Source: Chlamydiia bacterium (GTDB lineage: Bacteria > Chlamydiota > Chlamydiia > Chlamydiales > Parachlamydiaceae). Taken from it: a stretch of DNA of 60,451 bases. The position numbers and the translations under genes are program-made. The notes beneath the pieces were generated by a model, which did not search any database, had not been told where the DNA came from, and saw only the letters and a program-made list of their open reading frames with translations. Where the stretch lies: the NCBI GenBank assembly GCA_038257035.1, contig JBBSJT010000001.1, forward strand, positions 1 through 60,451. Reading direction: 5' to 3'. This document shows, in pieces, positions 9,780-17,753 of this stretch. The stretch's first letter is position 1; each line of letters opens with the position of its first letter.

Positions 9780-10595
9780 TTACCGGCCAATTAAATTTAC
9801 CAATTTTGTTAAATTTGTAATTCCATTTTTAGATATTAAATCATTATAGTACAAAGACAATTGGGTTAAGTTGGTTAGGTTTTCTAATCCATGGTCAGTA
9901 ATTTTATAGTTACTATTCAAATTTAAATCTGTTATTTTAGTTAAATTTTTTAATCCATTGTTGGTAATTATACCGTTATAAAACAGATTTAAATTTGTCA
10001 AGTTTGTTAAATTTTTTACACTCTCATCTGTAATTGAATAATTTTCGTGTAAATTCAACGAAGTCAGTTTTGTTAAATTTTTTATTCCATCATCATCTAT
10101 TTTATTTAAGTTCAAATGGGATGTCATACTGTTACACTTCAAATTTAAATAGGTTAAATTTGGTAAATTTTTAATTCCTTCATTAGAGATTTTACAATTA
10201 GAATCCAAATCTAATTTTTTCAAATTTGATAATTTTTTTATTCCATCATCTGTAACATTTTGGTTGGTTTTTAAATTTAAACTCGTTAGATTGGTATGGT
10301 TTTTAAGTATGTCATTACAAAGACGGTGATGAAAACCAAGGGAGTTTAAATTAGGGAAAGATTTTAGAATTTTTTCCAGCTCATTAGCAGAAATATCAGA
10401 CTTTGCTTGATAGTGTAAAGTTACTTTATTTGCAAATTTTAAAAAATCTTCGCAAGTCTCACTTAGTGCATTTTTTGATGAAACATCTGGAAGCATAAGG
10501 TAAACTTCCTTAAGAAGTTCCGGCGGCAAGGTCTTTAAAGGATTTTGAACCGGAGTTATTTGGCTTTGCACGAAATTAGTTGATGAAACTTGCAT
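9780..10595 (-). CDS. F-box-like / leucine-rich-repeat protein
   Basis: 271 aa. N-terminal LPPELLKEVYLMLPDVSSKNAL (F-box-like LPxE motif) is followed by about eight tandem LRRs of about 24-25 aa (NLT.L..LNL..N..ITD.G.KNL). Confidence 0.8.
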   Translation of the reverse strand: MQVSSTNFVQSQITPVQNPLKTLPPELLKEVYLMLPDVSSKNALSETCEDFLKFANKVTLHYQAKSDISANELEKILKSFPNLNSLGFHHRLCNDILKNHTNLTSLNLKTNQNVTDDGIKKLSNLKKLDLDSNCKISNEGIKNLPNLTYLNLKCNSMTSHLNLNKIDDDGIKNLTKLTSLNLHENYSITDESVKNLTNLTNLNLFYNGIITNNGLKNLTKITDLNLNSNYKITDHGLENLTNLTQLSLYYNDLISKNGITNLTKLVNLIGR

Positions 10596-10858
10596 AGTAT
10601 TTCCTTTTAGTTAATTATTATTGGTAAATACTATTATATACTAATTAAATATTTTAAATCAATAAAAATCTTTTGTTAACTATTTACAATACTTTCTCTT
10701 CTCAAAAACATTAATCCCAGAAGGTAGGCTGTCTTTGCGTTGAAAAAATCGTAAACTTTAGCATCAAAAACTTTATACTCTCTTTGCTTTCTCTCTGTCT
10801 TCTCTCGTTCTTACTCTGTGTTCTCTGTGTTAAAAAAAAACGTAACACCTCTCTAACT

Positions 10859-11923
10859 CTAATCCCAGAAGGTCGGTTGCCACCAAGAATCATTTAGGCG
10901 GTCAAGTGAGATGCCAATGAGTCTTAATGGAGTGCCTTGCAAATGATTAGTTTTAAAAAGAAGGTAGGCTTCATCAAAAATAGTTTTAAAATGGTTTGTA
11001 TCGGTATAAAAAGTGCGCGATCTTGTAATTGTTTTAAAATCGCTAAAACGGATTTTTAAGGATAATGCCTTTGTGCGCATTTTATGCTCCTTTAAACGCT
11101 TTGTCACTTTTTCAGTCAGCTCATACAGGTAATTTTCAAGGATGGTGGAATCAGAAACATCTTTTTCAAAAGTTGTTTCTGCCCCAATAGATTTTGGAAT
11201 TCTATCTTCAAAATTTACAGGCCGATCATCCTCGCCCCTTGATTCTTTATATAAATGATAACCTTGAGCCCCATATCTACAAATAAGATCATCAACAGAT
11301 AGAGCGGCTAAATCTTTCACAACAAAAAAACCGTCATGATTTAATTTACTTTGAGTCTTTGGACCAACGCCTGGTATGCATTGTACGGCAAGGGGTGCTA
11401 AAATAGCAGCTTCATACCCCGAAGGAACATCATAAATACCATTTGGTTTTGCAAGGGAAGAGGCAATTTTTGCAACGAGTTTATTTTTTGCAATTCCAAT
11501 CGAACAGTTGAGGGAGGTAGCTTCTTTAATTTTTTTTCTAATTTGTTCTGCCAAGTTTATGGTACCACCAAATTCATGCACGATCGAGGTAACATCTAGG
11601 TAGCCTTCATCAATACTGACAGCCTGAACTTTATGTGTGAAGCTTCTTAAGATTTCGAATATTTGATCAGATATTTCACCATACGATGAATAACTTCCCT
11701 GAACAAAAATAGCCTGAGGACATAATTTTTTTGCTTTAAAAAGAGACATCGCAGAGTGAACGCCAAAGGCTCTTGCCTCATAAGAGCATGTGGAAACAAC
11801 CCCTCGTGAATCGGGGTGACCCCCGACAATAACGGGTAAGCCTTTTAATTTTGGATTTTTTGCAATTTCAATGGAGGCAAAAAAGGCATCCATATCCAAA
11901 TGAAAAATAATGCGCTGATTCAT
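10859..11923 (-). CDS. dinB: DNA polymerase IV (Y-family)
   Basis: 354 aa. IIFHLDMDAFFASIE, SIDEGYLDV and the little-finger region are typical of DinB. Confidence 0.9.
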   Translation of the reverse strand: MNQRIIFHLDMDAFFASIEIAKNPKLKGLPVIVGGHPDSRGVVSTCSYEARAFGVHSAMSLFKAKKLCPQAIFVQGSYSSYGEISDQIFEILRSFTHKVQAVSIDEGYLDVTSIVHEFGGTINLAEQIRKKIKEATSLNCSIGIAKNKLVAKIASSLAKPNGIYDVPSGYEAAILAPLAVQCIPGVGPKTQSKLNHDGFFVVKDLAALSVDDLICRYGAQGYHLYKESRGEDDRPVNFEDRIPKSIGAETTFEKDVSDSTILENYLYELTEKVTKRLKEHKMRTKALSLKIRFSDFKTITRSRTFYTDTNHFKTIFDEAYLLFKTNHLQGTPLRLIGISLDRLNDSWWQPTFWD

Positions 11924-12016
11924 AATTAATATTGTATCATTTACATCTATTAATTATCTTAAATTTTGCTTGAACTTCTCACATGTTTTAATATATATAG
12001 CTGGTTTTCTTCTTTT

Positions 12017-12207
12017 AAGTCGCGAAGGCGACGACAGTAGCCACGGGTGTTAACCCGTGGTTAAATGCATAATAAAAGTTTTAGCCACGAAGTGGCGACA
12101 GAATCGTAAATTTTGCATTCTGTCGCCGTTCCACGGCTTACATTGTTTTTCCCATTAATCCACCGGTTAACACCCGTGGCTACATGCTGTCGTCACCTTC
12201 GCGACTT
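12017..12207. repeat. long nested palindrome in the dinB/spsF-like divergent intergenic region
   Basis: AAGTCGCGAAGGCGACGACAGTAGCCACGGGTGTTAACCCGTGG ... CCACCGGTTAACACCCGTGGCTACATGCTGTCGTCACCTTCGCGACTT. An inner inverted repeat is AGCCACGAAGTGGCGACAGAAT/ATTCTGTCGCCGTTCCACGGCT. Confidence 0.85.
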
Positions 12208-12239
12208 GAACTATATTATTAAGGTCAATAAAGGTTTGT

Positions 12240-12992
12240 ATGGATGAAAAGAAATTAAGGGTTGTTATTCTTGTTCAAGCAAGAATGGGCTCAACTAGGC
12301 TTCCCGGTAAAGTTTTAAAAGAAGTGATGGATAAGCCACTCCTTCATTATCTCATTGAGCGTTTAGAGCGTGTAGAATTTAAAGATGAAATTGTCATTAC
12401 AACAACTGTTAATGTAGAAGATGAAAAGATTGTTGATTTTTGCCGTTTTGAAAAAATCCCTTTATTTCGTGGTCAAAGTGAAGATGTTTTAGATCGTTTT
12501 TTTTATGCAGCACAAACTTTTAAAGCTGATGTTGTAGTCAGAATTACAGCCGATTGCCCTTTTTGCGATCCCTTAATTATTGATCAAGTCATTAAAACCT
12601 ATCTTGATAATTATCCAAAATATGATTACGTCTCAAACTCCCACATGAGAAGTTACCCTATAGGTATGGATGTCGAGGTATTTTCTTTTAAAGCCTTGGA
12701 AGAGGCATTTCATGAAGCCACCCTTCCAGAAGAGAGAGAGCATGTGACACCCTTTATTTATAGACGGCCGACTCGATATCATAAAAAATTGATCAGTCAT
12801 GAACCTGATTTATCTAATTTTCGATTAACCGTTGATACAATAGAAGATTTTGAGTTAATAAAAAAAATACTCGAAGATATTTATCCTAAAAAACCCCATT
12901 TTACGATGGATGATATTATTCATATTTTGCAATTTGAACATCCTGAATGGGTTATGATCAACGCTGCAGTCAAACAAAGAGAACTCCCTTAA
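12240..12992 (+). CDS. cytidylyltransferase family protein (SpsF / COG1861-like)
   Basis: 250 aa. The N-terminal VVILVQARMGSTRLPGKVLK nucleotide-binding motif and overall length fit SpsF-type sugar cytidylyltransferases. Confidence 0.7.
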   Translation: MDEKKLRVVILVQARMGSTRLPGKVLKEVMDKPLLHYLIERLERVEFKDEIVITTTVNVEDEKIVDFCRFEKIPLFRGQSEDVLDRFFYAAQTFKADVVVRITADCPFCDPLIIDQVIKTYLDNYPKYDYVSNSHMRSYPIGMDVEVFSFKALEEAFHEATLPEEREHVTPFIYRRPTRYHKKLISHEPDLSNFRLTVDTIEDFELIKKILEDIYPKKPHFTMDDIIHILQFEHPEWVMINAAVKQRELP

Positions 12993-13044
12993 CGAAGCGA
13001 AAACGTAGGAAAATTTCACCGCAGAGGTCACAATTCGTTTTTCA

Positions 13045-13153
13045 TTTTTTTACCAGTGAGTCAGTGAGAAAGACATGAGGTCAGTGAGGCGGTTAGGATT
13101 TCAAGACCGCCTCACTGTCCTCATGTCTTTCTCACTGACTCACTGGTAAAAAA
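13045..13153. repeat. near-perfect 109-bp palindrome with T-run/A-run caps
   Basis: TTTTTTTACCAGTGAGTCAGTGAGAAAGACATGAGGTCAGTGAGGCGG...CCGCCTCACTGTCCTCATGTCTTTCTCACTGACTCACTGGTAAAAAA. The word CAGTGAG occurs three times per arm. Confidence 0.9.
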
Positions 13154-13179
13154 TCAAAATCGGGGACACTCTTCTAACT

Positions 13180-13195
13180 TGGCACACCTCTTGCA
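13180..13195 (+). promoter_or_regulatory. candidate sigma-54 (RpoN) -24/-12 promoter
   Basis: TGGCAC-ACCTC-TTGCA is an exact match to the TGGCAC-N5-TTGCW consensus. It lies 37 nt upstream of ATG 13232, with an AAGGAGG Shine-Dalgarno in between. Confidence 0.55.
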
Positions 13196-13231
13196 TGACT
13201 AATATTATTAGTCACTTCAAGGAGGTAGAAT

Positions 13232-13456
13232 ATGGCACCCAAAAAAACAAACGTTAAGTTAGCTGTAAAAGCTGAAAAAAAACCGGTAGAGGTTGTTAAA
13301 GCTTCTATTAAAGCTGCAAAGCCTAGTGCAAAAACCATTGTTAAAAAACCGGAAGAAACATCTACTGCAAGTTTAAAAAAGACGGTAGAATATCAAAGAG
13401 TTCAAACTGCGGAAGGTTGGAATCGCATGAAAAAAAGAGAAATGCTAAAAAAATAA
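13232..13456 (+). CDS. small Lys/Ala-rich basic protein (74 aa), possibly nucleoid/histone-like
   Basis: Strong SD (AAGGAGG) 6 nt before the ATG. Composition is KKxxVK/AKP-rich. No family recognised. Confidence 0.6.
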   Translation: MAPKKTNVKLAVKAEKKPVEVVKASIKAAKPSAKTIVKKPEETSTASLKKTVEYQRVQTAEGWNRMKKREMLKK

Positions 13457-13511
13457 ACCCCTTTACAATTTAGCAAGCTATTACTAAAGTTTGTTTAAAA
13501 GGGTTTATCCT

Positions 13512-14894
13512 ATGATATTAGGTGATAGTTGTGACTCACACCAAATTTATGCAGTAAACATTGAACAATTGGTAAAGGATGGCTGGAAACTAAAAGATGA
13601 GACCGTTTACATCAAAGATTTAACGCCCTACCAAATTTTTGTAAGAGCAGTTAAAGGTAAGTTAACTTTTGGCAAAAAAGAAAAAATAAAGGTGGAATTT
13701 CAACAAAAACATCTTGTGAAAGATCTTAACGCTGATTTATTTAAAATCATTGTCAAAAATTTAAACTCTGAAGATATTTTTAGCCTTTGCAAAGTTGATA
13801 AAAAACTACAATTATCCCTTTTGCTTGATGTTAAAGAACAAAAAGATATTTGGCAGTCGCTCATCCAAACTAAAAACTATCTAGATTTAGCACTATCAAA
13901 AACTCATACCCTAGACATGAAACTCTTAAAACTTTTTTTTAGATTAGCCCATCTCCTAAAACCTTATAATCTAATGATGGCGGAAAATATCTTAAACGAC
14001 ATAAATAAAAAAATTAAAAAAAGTACACGAAACGAACAATTTTACGAAAATTTATTAAAGGAGCCTGATGAACATAAAAGATTACAGCAGCTTCCATATA
14101 ATCATACTATAAAGCTCTACACAGACCTTTTTAAAATTCTTGACTCATCTCTCACTAAATATTTAAAAAACAATTATTCTGAAAACGATAATTCCGTATG
14201 TAAATTCCAGATAGACTTTTTTCGAACTAACTTTCACGATTTCCCTTATGAATTCGAGTTAGAAGAAATTAAGCATCATTTTCAAAAGTTTTTAGAAGTA
14301 ATCAGACTAAAATCACTGATTAATCATAATGAGGCTAATGCCCTTTACCAAAAGTACATTGAATTTACTTTAACTTATGAAGACCCTTTGATGTTATTAG
14401 ATAGAGATTTAATTAAATTTTTCGTTTTAGAAGGTTTAGATTCAAATAATCATCATAAATTTAATGCTAAAGATTTAAACGATGAAATTTACTCTACAAG
14501 TTCCTTAGCTTCCATAGAAAATTTCCGAAAATCAATTTTACATGCAGGCTTGAGCTTAAGTGAAGATTCTAAAAAGGGTTTACAAGAAAAAATTAACAGA
14601 GATGTATGGTTCAATAAACAATGGGTAGAGTGTCAGCAACTTGGTTCATTAGCGGTGCTTCAAATTATTTTCAATCTAAGGGTAGCCTTAAATCCGGAAG
14701 AAATTTTATATAAATTTAAAGAAAAGATTTCTTATGTTGGATTAAACAGCGATTACTTCCTTCTGCGTATGGTCAAATGGGCTAACGATTTTCCTACCGC
14801 AATCAAAATTGTCAATCTTATCGATGACCCCAATACAAAGCTAAGGGCTTTAGACTTTTGCCTCTATGATTATTCCATCTTAAAACCCAAATAG
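13512..14894 (+). CDS. hypothetical protein with F-box-like segment
   Basis: About 460 aa. LNADLFKIIVKNLNSEDIFSLCKVDKKL resembles an F-box core, and the rest is helical by composition. I prefer ATG 13512 to the in-frame TTG at 13491. Confidence 0.5.
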   Translation: MILGDSCDSHQIYAVNIEQLVKDGWKLKDETVYIKDLTPYQIFVRAVKGKLTFGKKEKIKVEFQQKHLVKDLNADLFKIIVKNLNSEDIFSLCKVDKKLQLSLLLDVKEQKDIWQSLIQTKNYLDLALSKTHTLDMKLLKLFFRLAHLLKPYNLMMAENILNDINKKIKKSTRNEQFYENLLKEPDEHKRLQQLPYNHTIKLYTDLFKILDSSLTKYLKNNYSENDNSVCKFQIDFFRTNFHDFPYEFELEEIKHHFQKFLEVIRLKSLINHNEANALYQKYIEFTLTYEDPLMLLDRDLIKFFVLEGLDSNNHHKFNAKDLNDEIYSTSSLASIENFRKSILHAGLSLSEDSKKGLQEKINRDVWFNKQWVECQQLGSLAVLQIIFNLRVALNPEEILYKFKEKISYVGLNSDYFLLRMVKWANDFPTAIKIVNLIDDPNTKLRALDFCLYDYSILKPK

Positions 14895-15023
14895 ACCATT
14901 TAATATATTAATAAGCGCTATTAAATGTAGGCCCAATAAAACATATCTATAGTATAAAATATTGTAAATGTCATATAATTATATTATAACATTGTTTATT
15001 CCTTAATTTTATTAAATGTAATT

Positions 15024-16652
15024 ATGGGTGTTAATATGCAGGTTAATAACGATCAAAATGTGCCAAATCAGTTTGATTTCACCACAATCAGACCATCTAC
15101 TGATAAAGTGACGCTTAAAGCTGAAATTAATGGCCAAAAATATAGTTTTACCGTTATTAAGGCCGGTGTTGGAAAATTATCTGATACAGAACTCAAATCC
15201 CAGTATGGCGAAAAATTTGCTAAAATGGCCAAAATTGCAGAAGTTGTAGATTTAAAGGCTTGGGAAGTTCTTGCAGAGAAAAAAGATAAACTCTCCTTAA
15301 AAGGAAGAATTAATGAAGCTGAAGGCAATATGGAGAAAACTGAAACTCATGCCCTCCAAGGACAAATAAGTATCAAACTCCCCTTAAGTCTTAAGCCCCA
15401 AGTCCAGACAATCAGGCAAATTTATCAAGGAGAGATCAACCAAGCGGGCAATAATCAAGCTAAGAATCCAGTATCTGATAATGCAAGTCCTCTTGTTAAG
15501 GAACAACAAAATCCTTTAATGGAGAACAGGGAAGTGAGCTTAAGTTTAGAGCTAGTGGAAGATAATGAGGGAGACATACCTCGAACTGATCAAAAAGAAG
15601 TAGAAGACACTGCTAAGAAAGTAGAAAAAACAAAAGTCTTTTTTGGAGCTGAATATGAAGAATTAACAAAAGGTGCTGCAAAAGTTGTCTGGATACCGAA
15701 GGCTGATCAGGAATTGAAACCGGAACATGAAGGGCAAGTATTTTATACCCCCGTTCCAGATGGTGTATTGAACAGTATCTTTAATTTGAAAGAGAAAGAA
15801 ATTAGAGAAGAGGTTGTAACACAAGGAAACATGATAGCTAAATCGCCCGATAAACTAGGTAAGCCCGAGCCTCAATTTTTAGCTGTTGATATGAAAATCA
15901 TAGAAAATGAAGATCAGTTTATGGCATCTGCCTCAAAGGCGCTTGGTGACTTGGATTCATTAATCAGGGAACCGAATCTGACTCCTTTACAGGCTGCAAA
16001 ACTTGCCCTGGGACCCGTAAAAGGAATGAATGAACTTCATAAATTAGGGTATGTTTTAGGAGATGTTAAGTCTGAAAACACCCTTGGATATGCTGCAAAA
16101 CCTGAAGATGGGGTAGGAGATACACTTGTAAAACTTGCAGACTTTGGTAAAGCTGTAGAAATGGAGGCAGATGACAGTAGATTCTTCTATTCAGGAAACA
16201 AGGCCTATGCTCCACCGGAAAGGAATTTAAGCCAAAAAGGTGATGTTTTTGGTATGGGAATGATCACTTTAAGGGCGATGGAAGAAAGAATCTTGGCTAA
16301 AACAGGAACTACCACCCTAGAGAGAATATCCAAAGAAAATAAGACTGGATTAAGAGGAGTAGAGCATTTTAGAAGCACAAAGAAATGCTTTGCAAAAAGC
16401 CGAGTTGACTTTTTCTTTCCCACAACAGAGAGCAATATGAGAAGTCAGGAACGTGCTATGAATTTTTATGTGAATGAATTTACATATCAATTTGGACTGA
16501 ATTTTGGTGAAGATCCCATGTATGACCATATTACACTTTATACAAATCTTTTGAAGGATACATTTAAGTCTGATCCGAGTCAGCGTCCGACTGCAGCGCA
16601 ATTTGAGCAACGTTATGTTGCATTTCTGGATGCGGTTGAAAACGGTGTCTAA
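15024..16652 (+). CDS. eukaryote-like Ser/Thr protein kinase domain protein
   Basis: 542 aa. The C-terminal half carries Hanks subdomains in order: catalytic loop GDVKSEN, LADFGKA (DFG), YAPPE (APE), DVFGMGMI (subdomain IX) and DPSQRPT (subdomain XI). The N-terminal ~250 aa are unassigned. Confidence 0.75.
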   Translation: MGVNMQVNNDQNVPNQFDFTTIRPSTDKVTLKAEINGQKYSFTVIKAGVGKLSDTELKSQYGEKFAKMAKIAEVVDLKAWEVLAEKKDKLSLKGRINEAEGNMEKTETHALQGQISIKLPLSLKPQVQTIRQIYQGEINQAGNNQAKNPVSDNASPLVKEQQNPLMENREVSLSLELVEDNEGDIPRTDQKEVEDTAKKVEKTKVFFGAEYEELTKGAAKVVWIPKADQELKPEHEGQVFYTPVPDGVLNSIFNLKEKEIREEVVTQGNMIAKSPDKLGKPEPQFLAVDMKIIENEDQFMASASKALGDLDSLIREPNLTPLQAAKLALGPVKGMNELHKLGYVLGDVKSENTLGYAAKPEDGVGDTLVKLADFGKAVEMEADDSRFFYSGNKAYAPPERNLSQKGDVFGMGMITLRAMEERILAKTGTTTLERISKENKTGLRGVEHFRSTKKCFAKSRVDFFFPTTESNMRSQERAMNFYVNEFTYQFGLNFGEDPMYDHITLYTNLLKDTFKSDPSQRPTAAQFEQRYVAFLDAVENGV

Positions 16653-16657
16653 AAACC

Positions 16658-17239
16658 TTAGTTTTTGATCCGAAAGCGGTAAGGTAGCAATGCATCTTCT
16701 TTTGCATAAGCTACTCCAATTCTTGGGCTTGCTACAATTTGATCGTCGGGGATTATAACACCTCGATCTTCAATCCAGACTGTTTTTCCGATTGGATCAC
16801 CTGAGATAATTTTTGTGATCCCAAGAGCTTGACTAAGGGATCCCGGTCCGTTGGTTAATCGGTTAATTGAATCAATCCGTCGCCTTTTTTTCATTGTGTC
16901 AATCCCATCGCAGGGCTTTAAGGCTCTAATTAATACCGCTTCAGGAACATCTTTTGCATGCGACACAATATTTGTTAAATAATGAATCCCATAGCATAAA
17001 TACACATACCAATGACCACCAGGCAAATACATGGGCTCATTGCGCTTGGTCCGCAAATTATCAAAGGCGTGACTTGCTCTATCTTTTGAACCCAAATAGC
17101 TTTCCGTCTCTATGATCATTCCTGATGTAATAACATTGCCAATGGAAGATATCAAAAACTTGCCAAGAAGATTACGCCCTAAAGCCAAAGTATCATTAGT
17201 TTGAAAGTATCTAATCCCTAGTTTTTTTCTCATAGCCAT
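16658..17239 (-). CDS. mpg: DNA-3-methyladenine glycosylase (AAG/Mpg family)
   Basis: 193 aa. IIETESYLGSKDRASHAFDNLRTKRNEPMYLPGGHWYVYLCYGIHYLTNIV matches the ETEAY..D.ASHA...T.RN..M..GG..YVY..YG pattern of the family. Confidence 0.85.
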   Translation of the reverse strand: MAMRKKLGIRYFQTNDTLALGRNLLGKFLISSIGNVITSGMIIETESYLGSKDRASHAFDNLRTKRNEPMYLPGGHWYVYLCYGIHYLTNIVSHAKDVPEAVLIRALKPCDGIDTMKKRRRIDSINRLTNGPGSLSQALGITKIISGDPIGKTVWIEDRGVIIPDDQIVASPRIGVAYAKEDALLPYRFRIKN

Positions 17240-17293
17240 TTTTTAGCATTAAATACAATTCTCATCAAGAAATGCATTTGTCTACCAAGAAAG

Positions 17294-17383
17294 TTGGTAA
17301 TATTACCAAATATATTGGTACATTATGGTTTTGTTGTTGAAATGTACCACCTTTATTGGTAATATTACCAATAAAGGTGGTAC
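17294..17383. promoter_or_regulatory. paired palindromic operator-like sites upstream of the wHTH gene
   Basis: The 16-bp palindrome TTGGTAATATTACCAA occurs at 17294-17309 and 17356-17371. The second copy sits inside a perfect 40-bp palindrome at 17344-17383 (GTACCACCTTTATTGGTAAT|ATTACCAATAAAGGTGGTAC). Confidence 0.6.
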
Positions 17384-17417
17384 ATATATAATGTCTTCTT
17401 TTTTTGTGGAGGTTGTC

Positions 17418-17753
17418 ATGCTAGAATCATTATTTGGTAATGTAATAATCGAAAAAATCATGTTTTTTTTGCTAGTTAATGAAAAATGTTATGCGTTGGA
17501 ATTAAAAAAAAGGTTTGAGTCTCCTTTATATAGCTTTCAGCGAGCTCTTGCAAGACTTGAAAAAGGGGGGGTAATTAGCAGTTATCGCGAAGGAAAAACA
17601 GTTGTTTATCATTTTAATACACAACACCCATTTTTAACAGAACTGAAAGCTTTTTTACAAAAAGCCTATGATTTCTTACCGCAAGAGATACAAACAAAAT
17701 ATTATGAACCAGTTATTAGAAAACGACCAAGAAGACGAGGGAAGCCATTATGA
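17418..17753 (+). CDS. small winged-helix transcriptional regulator-like protein
   Basis: About 111 aa from ATG 17418, which follows a GGAGG SD. ATG 17391 is an alternative start. The pattern IEKIMFFLLVNEKCYALELKKRF...SFQRALARLEKGGVISSYREGKTVVYHFN is wHTH-like (ArsR/PadR-type). The stop overlaps the next ATG. Confidence 0.55.
   Translation: MLESLFGNVIIEKIMFFLLVNEKCYALELKKRFESPLYSFQRALARLEKGGVISSYREGKTVVYHFNTQHPFLTELKAFLQKAYDFLPQEIQTKYYEPVIRKRPRRRGKPL

Noticed and set aside
10711-10893. 60-aa minus-strand ORF ending ..QPTFWD
   Set aside because: Its end merely reflects the 22-bp duplicate of the dinB 3' end. The rest is repeat-element sequence. It is treated as a scar, not a gene.
13045-13153. 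Interpretation of the capped palindromes as Rho-independent terminators
   Set aside because: On both strands the T-run is 5' and the A-run 3' of the stem, the reverse of a terminator. Several also sit in divergent promoter regions. Only the small hairpin after tRNA-Ser (30492-30516) has terminator polarity.
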